Origin: Klebsiella pneumoniae
GTDB lineage: Bacteria > Myxococcota_A > UBA9042
Assembly: GCA_945889325.1 (NCBI GenBank)
Contig: CAMDBH010000001.1
Location: forward strand, 27,096-91,095
DNA length: 64,000 bases
Direction: 5' to 3'
Shown here: positions 1 to 9,861 of the stretch, in pieces
Layout: each line of letters starts with the position of its first letter
How positions within the stretch are numbered: the stretch's first letter is position 1
The notes under the pieces: model-generated
The model's database searches: none
Told to the model about the DNA's origin: nothing
What the model saw: the letters and a program-made list of their open reading frames with translations, nothing else
Position numbers and translations under genes: made by a program

Positions 1-575
1 GGCGCGGAGGCCGTGAGCATATTCACGACACTGTGTTGCGGGTGCCTGGGCATGAACCGTACCTTGTTGAACTTTTTGAGATTGCCCGAGGTGGATCGGT
101 GACGTTTCATGCGCCTGGGCAGTTGGTGATCTATCCCATCGTTCAATTGGCGCAGATTGAGGGGCCGTTAGGGCACGGTCCTTTGGGCGATCTGCCTAAA
201 TTTCTACGGCTTTTGGAAACGGCGATGCAACAGGCCTGTCTGGTATTTGGCTTGAAAACCCAAACGCGGCCGGGATTTGCCGGTCTGTGGCTGGATGACA
301 CGCACAAACTGGGCAGCGTCGGCGTAGCGCTGCGAAATGGCTGGACATTTCACGGACTGGCCATCAACGTATGTCCGCGCGAGGAGGGCTTTGCCCTGTT
401 GACGCCCTGTGGTTTGGACGGCGTGAGGCTGACGACACTATGGAAAGAGCTGCAAATTCGTGGTCTTCCGCTGCCGAGTGTGGAGCAAGTCGAGCGCGAA
501 ATCGTCGGCGTGCTGCAAGCCCAGCTTCGCCGAGGCTGCATTTCGGAAAAAGGCCACCTTCCGTTTACTCGCTGA
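1..575 (+). CDS. lipB: Lipoyl(octanoyl) transferase LipB, 5' end outside window
   Basis: Motifs RGGSVTFHAPGQLVIYPI, KLGSVGV, TFHGLAIN and PCG. The frame is open back to the window edge. Confidence 0.9.
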   Translation, partial: RGGREHIHDTVLRVPGHEPYLVELFEIARGGSVTFHAPGQLVIYPIVQLAQIEGPLGHGPLGDLPKFLRLLETAMQQACLVFGLKTQTRPGFAGLWLDDTHKLGSVGVALRNGWTFHGLAINVCPREEGFALLTPCGLDGVRLTTLWKELQIRGLPLPSVEQVEREIVGVLQAQLRRGCISEKGHLPFTR

Positions 576-604
576 TATTATATATTTTTTCCCGCGAGTT
601 CGGC

Positions 605-814
605 CTAGTTCAGTTCATCTTTGTTCGGCGCGATCTGCGGCGTTTCGTCGTGCTGCGTGCTCTCTTCGGCCTCAATCGGCACGCGGTAGGTTTCGCTCAG
701 CCATTGCCCAAGATCGATGCTGCGACATCGCTCACAACAGAATGGAAAGGTGGGATTTTTCGCCCGTTCGGTCGTTGGCTTGCCGCATTGCGGACATCGG
801 TTCGTCATGGTCAA
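605..814 (-). CDS. yacG: DNA gyrase inhibitor YacG (Zn finger)
   Basis: CPQCG...FPFCCERCRSIDLGQWLSETYRVP matches the YacG signature. Confidence 0.9.
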   Translation of the reverse strand: MTMTNRCPQCGKPTTERAKNPTFPFCCERCRSIDLGQWLSETYRVPIEAEESTQHDETPQIAPNKDELN

Positions 815-841
815 CTCCGCTAAATCGCGCTGAAAAGGCCG

Positions 842-3487
842 CTATTCGTAACCCAACGCTGTGACGATCGGCACACCCGCGGCGACTCGCGACGGATATA
901 GCCCGGCCAGCATGCCAACGACCACCAGCACGCCGGCGTATAACAGGGCAGTATCAACGGGAAAATGCACAGGAACCTGCCAACCGGTGTCCTGCGCGTT
1001 GACGACTTTGAGAATAATCGTGCCGTTGATGGCGCCAACGACAATGCCAATCAGCGCTCCGATCAAAGAAAGCATAAGTGATTCAATAAGAATCAACCGC
1101 GTGAGCTGGCCTCGCAATAGGCCAATGGCGCGCAACACCCCAATTTCACGCATGCGATCCAAGATCGAAGTCAGCAGCGTGTTGACCACCGACATCAGCG
1201 AAATAAAAATGGTCACAAACTCCAAGGCGCGGGTAACGCTGAAAATTCTCGTCACCATCTGCCCAATTTCATTGCGAAATTCCTTGTTTGTCAGCGCGAA
1301 CAGCTTGTACGGCTTGCCCCAGCGGCGCAGAATTTCCGCCCGCACTTTTTCGGCATCGGCACCAGGCTTTAGGTACGGTTCAAACGTGTCGACTTTGTCG
1401 TCTTGCCACCAATCGATGTACAGGCGGCGATCCATAAAGACGGCACCTTGGTCGCTCGAATAGTCTGTGATCGCGCCGATGACCGTGAACTCCTTGCGGC
1501 CTTTGGCGGTTTGGAGTTCAATATTTTTACCCACTTGTACGCCAAATCGGTGCATCAGCGTTTCACTGACGATGACGCCCTCTCCGGCCAACATGCGCTG
1601 GATGACCGTGTCTTTGTCGCCAACCCACTTGGTGATCGGCCAAACCGTTTTGTGCGCAAAGCGGATGCGTACATCCAGACTCAGTAGCAATATCCGTGAG
1701 TTCGCATAATCGATGTTGCGCAATCTCACCAAGTCGACACCCTCGACGCCGTCGACTGTGGCCATTTCTTTGCCGAGGCCTGGGGCCAAAGGCTGATTCT
1801 TGATGCCGCCGACGGTGGAGTTGGAGGTCACAAAGAGGTCGGCAGGCACCGACTGCTGAATCCAAGTATCGATGCTGTAACGGAAACTGTGGGTCAAGAT
1901 CGCGCTGCCCATGACCATGGACAGGCCGACCATCAGCGATGCCACCGTAACGGCCGCTTTCTGGCTGCCTCGGGTGACATTGTCGGCAGCAAGGCGCCCT
2001 TCAATACCGAACAACATTCGCACGATCGGGCCCAAAACGCGGTTGAGCAGCAGCACCAACCAGCGGGCCAGCGCCGTGGTCCCCAAAACGACAAAGAACA
2101 TGCCGCTCAGACCGAAAACGGGAAAGCCTTGCACCGACGGCCCTTGAATAACGATCGGCACCAGCAGGTAGCAAAGAATACCGACCCATTCGCGCGGACC
2201 AAACTTCAGCGTGCTGGGCGCGCCGAAATCAAAGGCGGCGTTGCGAATCGTTTCGACGGGCGACAGGCGCGAGGCCTGCCACGACGGCATCAGCGACGCC
2301 ACTGCCGAACAGCCAGTGCCGACGGCCAAACCGAAAAACAACACCCAATTGGGCACATGCACGTCGGTGACGTGCACGCGGATGTAGATTTCGCTGATGC
2401 TTCCCGCGGCCGTTTGCATCATCACGCGCGCCAGCATGGCCCCCAAACCGAGGCCAAGCAGCGAGCCGACCAAGCCGAACACGCTGCCTTCGAGGGTAAA
2501 AAGTTGAATAATCTGGCGACGGGTAGCGCCAGTCGCGCGCAAAATGCCGATCTCCGAGCGGCGTTGGGCCACAGAAATCGATAAAGTGTGATATATCAGG
2601 AACATCCCGACAATCAGAGCCACACCGGCGCCCACTGCCAGTGCCGTCTTGAACGATTTGAGCAGCTGCTCTTGGCGCTCTTGGCGTTTTCCGGGACGTT
2701 CCACGTCGAACTTGTCGGCCAGCGCAGCTTTGACTCGCGCCGCAACCGCCTCGATTTGCCCTGGTTTTTGCGGATCGTCCACCGCCACATCGAAACGATC
2801 TACCCGACCTTTTTGCGCAAAGACTTCCTGAGCGTCCATGTAATCGACGATCGCCAGACTGCCGCCAAATGCCTTTTGCGGTCCTTTGGGGGCAACGATT
2901 GAAAAAATCGTAAAATTTTGGCGCCCTTGTGGCGTCATCAACTCAATGGCGTCGCCCTTCTTCTTTTTGTATTTTGCCGCGAACGCATCCGTTACGATCA
3001 ACTGGCGCGGCGTGTCGAGGGCGGCGAAGGGATCTTCAGCAAAATCTTCCTGCGGCTTGTTCGCTTTGGCGCCTTCATCGCCATTTTTGGCCTTTTTTAG
3101 TTCGTCGCCCTTCAAACCGTAAAAGAACTCTAGGGCTTTGGGGTCTTCTGTGAAATTGATGCCCAAGATGGCCAGCGATTCTCCATCGCTGTCGGCAACA
3201 TCGAGGGTGCGCTGAATGACCGGTGTGGCAAAGCGCACGCCAGGCACAGCAAGGATCTGATCTTGCAATGTTTCTGCGAGACCGGTGTCGCCGCCGCGCA
3301 CTTCCAGGTGCACTTTGCCGCTAATTTGATCAAGCGTGTCGGAAAACGAGCCAATGATGCCATCGTTGACCGTCACGACCGCGACAAGTACCGCTACACC
3401 AAGGGCAATGCCGACGACGGTCATGGCTGTGCGCAGGCGGTGTTGCGCGATGCGGCGCAAGGTTATCGGGCGCAAAAGGGGAAACAT
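842..3487 (-). CDS. Double FtsX/MacB-type ABC transporter permease (~880 aa)
   Basis: Two FtsX repeats (SVAQRRSEIGILRATGA and SILDRMREIGVLRAIG), with RTAMTVVGIALGVAV at the N-terminus. Start taken at ATG 3487 (MFPLLRP). Confidence 0.85.
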   Translation of the reverse strand: MFPLLRPITLRRIAQHRLRTAMTVVGIALGVAVLVAVVTVNDGIIGSFSDTLDQISGKVHLEVRGGDTGLAETLQDQILAVPGVRFATPVIQRTLDVADSDGESLAILGINFTEDPKALEFFYGLKGDELKKAKNGDEGAKANKPQEDFAEDPFAALDTPRQLIVTDAFAAKYKKKKGDAIELMTPQGRQNFTIFSIVAPKGPQKAFGGSLAIVDYMDAQEVFAQKGRVDRFDVAVDDPQKPGQIEAVAARVKAALADKFDVERPGKRQERQEQLLKSFKTALAVGAGVALIVGMFLIYHTLSISVAQRRSEIGILRATGATRRQIIQLFTLEGSVFGLVGSLLGLGLGAMLARVMMQTAAGSISEIYIRVHVTDVHVPNWVLFFGLAVGTGCSAVASLMPSWQASRLSPVETIRNAAFDFGAPSTLKFGPREWVGILCYLLVPIVIQGPSVQGFPVFGLSGMFFVVLGTTALARWLVLLLNRVLGPIVRMLFGIEGRLAADNVTRGSQKAAVTVASLMVGLSMVMGSAILTHSFRYSIDTWIQQSVPADLFVTSNSTVGGIKNQPLAPGLGKEMATVDGVEGVDLVRLRNIDYANSRILLLSLDVRIRFAHKTVWPITKWVGDKDTVIQRMLAGEGVIVSETLMHRFGVQVGKNIELQTAKGRKEFTVIGAITDYSSDQGAVFMDRRLYIDWWQDDKVDTFEPYLKPGADAEKVRAEILRRWGKPYKLFALTNKEFRNEIGQMVTRIFSVTRALEFVTIFISLMSVVNTLLTSILDRMREIGVLRAIGLLRGQLTRLILIESLMLSLIGALIGIVVGAINGTIILKVVNAQDTGWQVPVHFPVDTALLYAGVLVVVGMLAGLYPSRVAAGVPIVTALGYE

Positions 3488-3601
3488 GGCGGTCGCCTGC
3501 GGGCGCAAATTTGCGCACGGGCGTAAGGTACTTGCGCAAGCGGCCACCTGCAAGCGGGAATAGATTTTGGGCGCCAACGGTTTTTTCCGGCGCTTTTGTC
3601 C

Positions 3602-3630
3602 TTGACACCAACGCTCTTGCCCCCTACCCT
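3602..3630 (+). promoter_or_regulatory. Putative sigma70 promoter for the DsbA gene
   Basis: TTGACA (3602-3607), 17-bp spacer, TACCCT (3625-3630). Confidence 0.45.
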
Positions 3631-3736
3631 TCCGCGCCCAACGCCACAGCGTGCCCGATTTATCCGAACGCAAAGTGTCAATAAGTCTCTAGTGCATAAC
3701 GGAATTTTGCTGAAACGCCAAAAAGGAATTTGAACC

Positions 3737-5743
3737 ATGAAGAAAGAAACCATGCTGCTCGTCGTCATCGCCGCGGTGATCATCGGCTTTGTGGCCGGAC
3801 GGGCCTCCAACAACGTCGCCAAGCCGACCGCAGCTGCGCCTGTCGCCGTCGCCGCCGCGCCCGCGGATGCCCAAGCACCCGCCGCTAAAGGTGATTCCCT
3901 GTTTGCCGCCACGAGCCCGGTCAAAGGCGCCAAAGACGCGCTGGTCACCATCTTTGAAGTTTCAGACTTTCAATGCCCGTTTTGCAGCCGCGTCGGCCCG
4001 ACGATCAAGAAGCTGATGGAAGATTACCCCAATGATGTCCGCGTCGTGTGGGTCAACCAGCCGCTGCCGTTTCACGATCGCGCCAAGCCCGCCGCCATGG
4101 CCGCCTTGGCCGCCCATCGTCAGGGCAAATTCTGGGAAATGCACGACAAACTTTTTGCCAACCAGCGCGAACTGACCGACGACAATTTGAAAAAATTTGC
4201 CGGTGAAATCGGCTGCGACATGGCGAAGTGGGAAAAAGACAGCAAGGACGACGTGTTGGTCAAACAAATTGAGAAAGAAATTGCCTCCGGCAACGCCTTG
4301 GGCGCGCGCGGCACACCGGCGTTTTTCATCAACGGCAAGCTGCTGAGCGGTGCGCAACCGTATGAAGCGTTTAAGAAAGAAGTCGATGAAGCATTGGCTG
4401 CCGCCAAGCCGCTTGCCGCGACCAAGAAAGGCATTGAATTCATGGAAGCCGCGTTTGCTGCGCGCGATGCAGCGGTCGGCGCTAAGGTCGTGGCTTATTT
4501 TGTCAAAGGTGAAGCAGCGCCGGCCGAAGCCGCTGCGCCTCGCGGCGAGGAGAAACCGGAAGCCCACGATGATGGTCCGGCCAAGGCTCCGCCAGACAGC
4601 TATGACATTTGGAAAGTGCCGGTCGACGTGAAGAAAGATGCGGTCAAGGGTGACAGCGGCAAAGCCATTGTGACTATTGTTGAATTTAGCGATTTCCAAT
4701 GCCCGTTCTGCTCGCGCGCCGCGGCCACCGTGGCCGGGCTGGAGAAGGAATACGGCGACAAGGTTCGCCTTGTTTTCAAGCACACGCCGCTGCCGTTCCA
4801 CGATAACGCCAAACCGGCGTCGATGGCCGCCGTCGCTGCTGGCAAACAAGGTAAGTTTTGGGAATTCCATGACAAGTGCTTTGCCAACCAAGGCACATTG
4901 ACCGACGACAACTTGCAAGCTTGGGCCAAGGAAATTGGCCTCAACGTCGACAAATTTAACGCCGATCGCAAAAGCGACGCCGTGGCCAAGCAGATCGAAG
5001 ACGACATGGCCATGGGCCAATCGGTCAGCATCCGCGGCACGCCTGGCTTCATGATCAATGGCCGCAAGGTCGTCGGTGCGCAGCCCGCCCCGGTGTTCAA
5101 AGCCGTGATTGATGAAGAAATCGCCAAAGCTGAAAAAGCCGGCAACAAGAAAGGCGCTGCATACTACGACGAGATCGTATCCAAAGGCAAGACTTTCAGT
5201 GAATTGGGCGACAAAGCGGCGGAATTGAATTTGGATGGATTGCCGTTCAAAGGCCCCAAGGACGCCCCCATCACGATCACGGAGTTCAGCGATTTCCAAT
5301 GCCCGTTCTGCTCACGCATCAATGATCCGGTCAAGGCCGCCATGGACAAGTATCCGGGCAAAGTCAAAGTTGTGTTCGCGCACTTCCCGCTAGGTTTTCA
5401 CCAGATGGCGCGCCCCGCTGCGACTGCTGCGCAAACCGCGTGGGAGGACAGCCCAGAGAAATTTTGGAAATTGCATGAGGCGCTGTTCGCCAATCAAAAA
5501 GATCTGAGCGAAGAAAAAATCGACGCGCTGGCCAAAGAAGCCGGCGTCGACATGGCCAAGCTGGCCGACAACAAGAAGAACAAGAAATTCGATCCGCTGT
5601 TCGACAAGACCACGGAAATGGGTACCAAGGCGGGCGTTGAAGGCACACCGACGATTTTGATCAACGGCCGCAAGTTTGAGCCACTCGCGGGCTTTACGCC
5701 GGAATCGATCGGCGCCGCGATCGACAAGCTGCTGAAAAAATAG
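3737..5743 (+). CDS. Membrane-anchored protein with three DsbA/thioredoxin domains
   Basis: N-terminal hydrophobic anchor, three SDFQCPFCSR active sites and three cis-Pro G-T-P loops. Confidence 0.9.
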   Translation: MKKETMLLVVIAAVIIGFVAGRASNNVAKPTAAAPVAVAAAPADAQAPAAKGDSLFAATSPVKGAKDALVTIFEVSDFQCPFCSRVGPTIKKLMEDYPNDVRVVWVNQPLPFHDRAKPAAMAALAAHRQGKFWEMHDKLFANQRELTDDNLKKFAGEIGCDMAKWEKDSKDDVLVKQIEKEIASGNALGARGTPAFFINGKLLSGAQPYEAFKKEVDEALAAAKPLAATKKGIEFMEAAFAARDAAVGAKVVAYFVKGEAAPAEAAAPRGEEKPEAHDDGPAKAPPDSYDIWKVPVDVKKDAVKGDSGKAIVTIVEFSDFQCPFCSRAAATVAGLEKEYGDKVRLVFKHTPLPFHDNAKPASMAAVAAGKQGKFWEFHDKCFANQGTLTDDNLQAWAKEIGLNVDKFNADRKSDAVAKQIEDDMAMGQSVSIRGTPGFMINGRKVVGAQPAPVFKAVIDEEIAKAEKAGNKKGAAYYDEIVSKGKTFSELGDKAAELNLDGLPFKGPKDAPITITEFSDFQCPFCSRINDPVKAAMDKYPGKVKVVFAHFPLGFHQMARPAATAAQTAWEDSPEKFWKLHEALFANQKDLSEEKIDALAKEAGVDMAKLADNKKNKKFDPLFDKTTEMGTKAGVEGTPTILINGRKFEPLAGFTPESIGAAIDKLLKK

Positions 5744-5777
5744 ACACTCACGCCAGTTCGCGGGCGCTGGTTTGTTG

Positions 5778-5833
5778 CCAAGCCGTTGGTTGCTGTCGTG
5801 TCAAAGCGCGTAACCAGCGGCTTGGGCGTTTTT
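5778..5833 (+). terminator. Probable intrinsic terminator
   Basis: Stem ccaagccgttggtt / aaccagcggcttgg followed by gcgttttt, downstream of the DsbA stop. Confidence 0.5.
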
Positions 5834-5966
5834 GACGGTTGCGGGCCACAACAGTGTCGCTTGCCGACGTCGGGCATTTCGCCTAGTTTGCGCAGCGCAG
5901 CTGGTTGCCGTGGCGATGGCCCGCAACAGACGGCTCCGCTTGTGCAGTCGCAGATCTGAGGTCTTT

Positions 5967-8528
5967 ATGGGTTGCAATTCGCATAGTAGCCACGGTCATT
6001 TCGCTTTGTCGCACGCCGTGTTGGCGCGGGCGCCCAAGGATTTCGCGACCGCGACGACACCAGCGCATTTCCCGCCCGATGTGCCGGTGGATTGGCAGGA
6101 ATTGACGTTGACCGTCGAAGTCGACGTTTTGGCGCGCCGCATCTTTGGCACCGCGACCTATGAAGGCGTTGTGCGCAAGCAAACGCTTCAGCGTGTGCGC
6201 TTTGACGCCGATGCGATTGAAATTCTGAGGGCGTTCGATGGCGCTGGCGCCGAATTGAAGCGCGAACACGATGGCAAAACTTTATGGCTCGAGCTGGGAA
6301 ACACGCTACAGCGCGGCGAGAACCTGCGCGTAAGCGTTGATTTTGACACGCGTGATCCGCGGGCTGGGTTCTATTTCATCCTGCCGGACGCCGATCACCC
6401 CGATCGTCAGGCGCACGCTTGGACACAAGGCCAAGACGAAGACAGCAAGTTTTGGTTTCCTTGCCACGACAGCCCCAACCACAAGCTGCGCTTGCACGTG
6501 ATCGCTACGGCGCCCGAGGGCATGTCTGTGTTGTCCAACGGGGCTTTGCGCAATATTTACGCGGCGGCAGAGGGTGGCAAGCGCATTTTCGATTGGCAGC
6601 TGGCGCGGCCGACGCCGACGTACCTGTTGACGCTGGCCGTGGGGCCTTTTGTCGAGATCAAGCAAAAGAGTGAACCATTTCCCATTAGTTACTATGTGTT
6701 GCCGGGACGAGAAGCCGATGGCGAACGCGCGTTTGGCCGCACACCGCAGATGGTCCAGTGTTTTGAGACGTTGCTAGGTGTCGCCTATCCATTTGAAAAA
6801 TATGCACAAGTTGCCGTGAGCGAGTTCGTTTTCGGTGGCATGGAAAATACGTCCATGACCACCCAAACCGATCTGACCCTGCACGACGCCCGCGCTCATC
6901 TGGATTTTTCATCCGAACCGCTTGTTTCACATGAGCTTGCCCACCAATGGTTCGGCGATTTTGTCACGTGCAGGTCTTGGTCGCACGGCTGGCTAAATGA
7001 GGGATTTGCTACCTATTTTGAGCAGTTGTGGCGTGAACATTCCGATGGCGATGCTGAGTTCGACTATGGCCGTCTGCAGGCGCAGCGCAGCTATTTGGCG
7101 GAAGATTCAGGGCGTTATCGGCGCGTCGTGGTGACCAACCAATACCAAGAGCCGATCGACGTTTTTGACGCCCACTTGTACGAAAAAGGCGGCGCGATTT
7201 TGCACATGCTGCGCAAGTACCTGGGCGACGTCACGTTTTTCGGCGGCATCGGCGCGTATTTGCGCCTCCACGCCGATGGCAACGTCGAAACCCCCGATCT
7301 GCGCAGGGCTTTGGAGCATCACAGCGGCTTGGATCTGGGCCGATTCTTTGCGCAGTGGGTCGAGCAGGGCAAAGGCCACCCAGAGCTAAAGATTTCCGGC
7401 AGTTGGGATGCAGACGCGCGGCAGTACAAACTCACGATCGAGCAAACGCAAGATACCGCGAGTTCGCAACTTTTCTGGTTGCAGATCGCGCTGGAGTTGC
7501 ACGGCGAGTCTGGGCAGCCGCTGCAAAAGACCCTGATTGCGCAGCAGAAAATCGAAAATTTCTTTTTCGATCTGCCGGCAGCCCCGCGCCTGGTGCTGGT
7601 CGATCCGCGCGGCGATTTGCTGGCGACCGTCGATTTGGCCTTGGGCGACGTGGTGTTGCGGGCGATCTTGCAAACCGCGCCGCAGGGTATTGCACGGCTG
7701 CAAGCGGCGATTGCACTGGGAAAACACGCCGCCTCGGGCAATGTCGAGGCGTTGGGCAAAGCGCTACTCGCCGACCAAGCTTGGTTCGTCCAGGCCGAGA
7801 TCGCTCGTGTTTTGGCCAAAATTGGCTCGCCTGCGGCGTTCGCGGCGCTCGCTGCTGCGGTGGAGTTGCCGCACCCCAAAGCGCGGCGGGCCGTCGTGGC
7901 GGGTTTGGGCAAGTTTTCAACCGCTGCCGCGGGTGATTTGCTCATTGGCTTGTTGGCCAAGGGCGACGCCAGTTATTTCGTTGAGGCGGAGGCGGCGCTT
8001 TCGCTCGGTCAGACACGGGTTGCCGGTGCATTTGCGGCGTTGGCGGCAGCGCTTAGTCGCGAGTCGTGGAACGACACGTTGCGCATTGGCGTGCTCGATG
8101 GCTTGGCCGCGTTGCAGGATCCGCAAGCTTTGCCTCTGGTTGCGCCCTTTTTGGCCGCGCACTACTTCAGCTTGCTGCGCTGCGGCGCGCTGCGCTGCCT
8201 CGGCGCGTTTTACACGGAACCCGCGCGAGTGATTGATCTTTTGCGCCCGTACGCCGCCGATACATCGTTTCGTTTTGCGCTCAACCTTGCTCTTGCATTG
8301 GGCAATTTGGGGGATGGCCGCGCAATTCCTCTGTTGCAATCCGTCGCTGAACGCGCCGTCGACGGACGGGTCAAGAAGCGCGCCCAAGAAGCCATCGCGT
8401 CCGTGCGTCAGGGGCTGGGTGCGGGCAAACAGGTCGACGCGCTGCGCGGGGATTTGGAGTCGCTGCGAGCCTCCCAGCGTGAACTAGCTGAGCGCATTGA
8501 GAAAACTGAAAAATTGCGCCAGACCTGA
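5967..8528 (+). CDS. M1 family aminopeptidase with C-terminal HEAT repeats and coiled coil
   Basis: GGMEN, HELAHQWFG...WLNEGFA and YEKG motifs, with an Ala/Leu-rich HEAT-like C-terminus. Confidence 0.9.
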   Translation: MGCNSHSSHGHFALSHAVLARAPKDFATATTPAHFPPDVPVDWQELTLTVEVDVLARRIFGTATYEGVVRKQTLQRVRFDADAIEILRAFDGAGAELKREHDGKTLWLELGNTLQRGENLRVSVDFDTRDPRAGFYFILPDADHPDRQAHAWTQGQDEDSKFWFPCHDSPNHKLRLHVIATAPEGMSVLSNGALRNIYAAAEGGKRIFDWQLARPTPTYLLTLAVGPFVEIKQKSEPFPISYYVLPGREADGERAFGRTPQMVQCFETLLGVAYPFEKYAQVAVSEFVFGGMENTSMTTQTDLTLHDARAHLDFSSEPLVSHELAHQWFGDFVTCRSWSHGWLNEGFATYFEQLWREHSDGDAEFDYGRLQAQRSYLAEDSGRYRRVVVTNQYQEPIDVFDAHLYEKGGAILHMLRKYLGDVTFFGGIGAYLRLHADGNVETPDLRRALEHHSGLDLGRFFAQWVEQGKGHPELKISGSWDADARQYKLTIEQTQDTASSQLFWLQIALELHGESGQPLQKTLIAQQKIENFFFDLPAAPRLVLVDPRGDLLATVDLALGDVVLRAILQTAPQGIARLQAAIALGKHAASGNVEALGKALLADQAWFVQAEIARVLAKIGSPAAFAALAAAVELPHPKARRAVVAGLGKFSTAAAGDLLIGLLAKGDASYFVEAEAALSLGQTRVAGAFAALAAALSRESWNDTLRIGVLDGLAALQDPQALPLVAPFLAAHYFSLLRCGALRCLGAFYTEPARVIDLLRPYAADTSFRFALNLALALGNLGDGRAIPLLQSVAERAVDGRVKKRAQEAIASVRQGLGAGKQVDALRGDLESLRASQRELAERIEKTEKLRQT

Positions 8529-8535
8529 GCGAAAG

Positions 8536-9648
8536 ATGCTGCCGCGCCCGCTGTTGCAACAGGCCATCGGTGATCGCGTCGCCTCGGCGATCGCGCTGGC
8601 GTATAGCGTCAACGGCGAAAACAATTGCATTGACCTTGGCAGCACCAGTCAGGTCGATACCGCCGAAAACGCAACGCTATTTGCCGCCACGCCTGTGGGA
8701 CCCAATACTGTTTTTGACCTCGCATCGCTCACCAAGCCGATGGCGACGCTGACGCTGCTGGCGCAACTATTGAGCGAGCAAACGCTGCGACTTGAAGACA
8801 CATTGGAGCGACATTTGCCGCTTGCCCGAAACACGCCGCTTGGATCGGCCACGATCGGACAATTGGTCAGCCACACATCGGGGGCACCGGCGTGGCTAGA
8901 TTTCTATGCCGCAACAGCCGCGGTCGCTAGCCATCGAGTTGAAGAAATCCAACATCGTGTGCTCAATACGCCGCTCACCCACCGGCGGGGCACGGTCGCG
9001 GTTTACAGCGATTTGGGTTATATGTCAATGGGTTGGATGCTTGAGGCGGTGCTCGGGCAGCCACTGAACGACGCGTTTGCCCTGCGCATCGCCCAGCCGC
9101 TGCAAATATCGGCGCATTTTCGGCCCAGTTCACAAAACTTGCCGCCAACCGACGTGGTGGCAACCGAAATCTGGCCGCCGCGTTGCCCAGACGGTTCACC
9201 CTTGCGCGGTGCCGTCCACGACGACAATGCAGCCGCGCTCGGTGGCGTTGCCGGCCACGCTGGCCTGTTCTCGAGCAGCCGCGACGTTTTAAGGTGGGCC
9301 CAAGCTTGGTTGGCTGCGATTTCTTGGGATCACCAATCGGCAGCCGCACCACTCGGCCTTTCGCGCGAAGTGTGCCGTCGGCTGGTCGCGACAGCCGGCT
9401 GCGATCAAACGAGTTGGCGCCATGGCTGGGACACGCCCACGCAGCCCGGGTCGAGCGCGGGCGACCGAGCCCCCACAGACACGTTTGGACACTTGGGTTT
9501 TACCGGGACCAGCGTGTGGATTTCACCGCAACACGGCATATGCATCGTACTTTTGACCAATCGCGTGCATCCGACGCGCGATCGTGTGGGGGGAATTCGC
9601 GCGCTGCGGCCGGCGTTGCACGATTGCTTGTGGCAGTTGCTTTTGTAG
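8536..9648 (+). CDS. Serine hydrolase, beta-lactamase class C-like family
   Basis: FDLASLTK (SxxK), SHTSG, YSD, GAVHDDNA, GHAGLF, FGHLGFTG and LTNRVHP. Confidence 0.85.
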   Translation: MLPRPLLQQAIGDRVASAIALAYSVNGENNCIDLGSTSQVDTAENATLFAATPVGPNTVFDLASLTKPMATLTLLAQLLSEQTLRLEDTLERHLPLARNTPLGSATIGQLVSHTSGAPAWLDFYAATAAVASHRVEEIQHRVLNTPLTHRRGTVAVYSDLGYMSMGWMLEAVLGQPLNDAFALRIAQPLQISAHFRPSSQNLPPTDVVATEIWPPRCPDGSPLRGAVHDDNAAALGGVAGHAGLFSSSRDVLRWAQAWLAAISWDHQSAAAPLGLSREVCRRLVATAGCDQTSWRHGWDTPTQPGSSAGDRAPTDTFGHLGFTGTSVWISPQHGICIVLLTNRVHPTRDRVGGIRALRPALHDCLWQLLL

Positions 9649-9861
9649 CAGTGGCGCCAAGCGTTGACCGATTTGGCATGGCGCTGCTATTCTGCGTGCC
9701 CGTGCATTTTTTCTCCCGCGCACTGTGCGCAGGGGTACGGGCCGTGTTTGTGAGCCGACCCCTAACTTCGCGCAAACTCTGAGTCTCAAGTCCGCTAATC
9801 GGAAAGAGTATCCGGATTTTGTCATGGGCTTTGCTTAAGTCTTTTGGCCGGGAGGAATGGA

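Noticed and set aside
3962-5299. Long antisense ORFs (also 27-29 kb, 42983-43771, 46993-48021, 51169-52341, 62002-63108)
   Set aside because: Shadow frames of strongly codon-biased real genes on the opposite strand.
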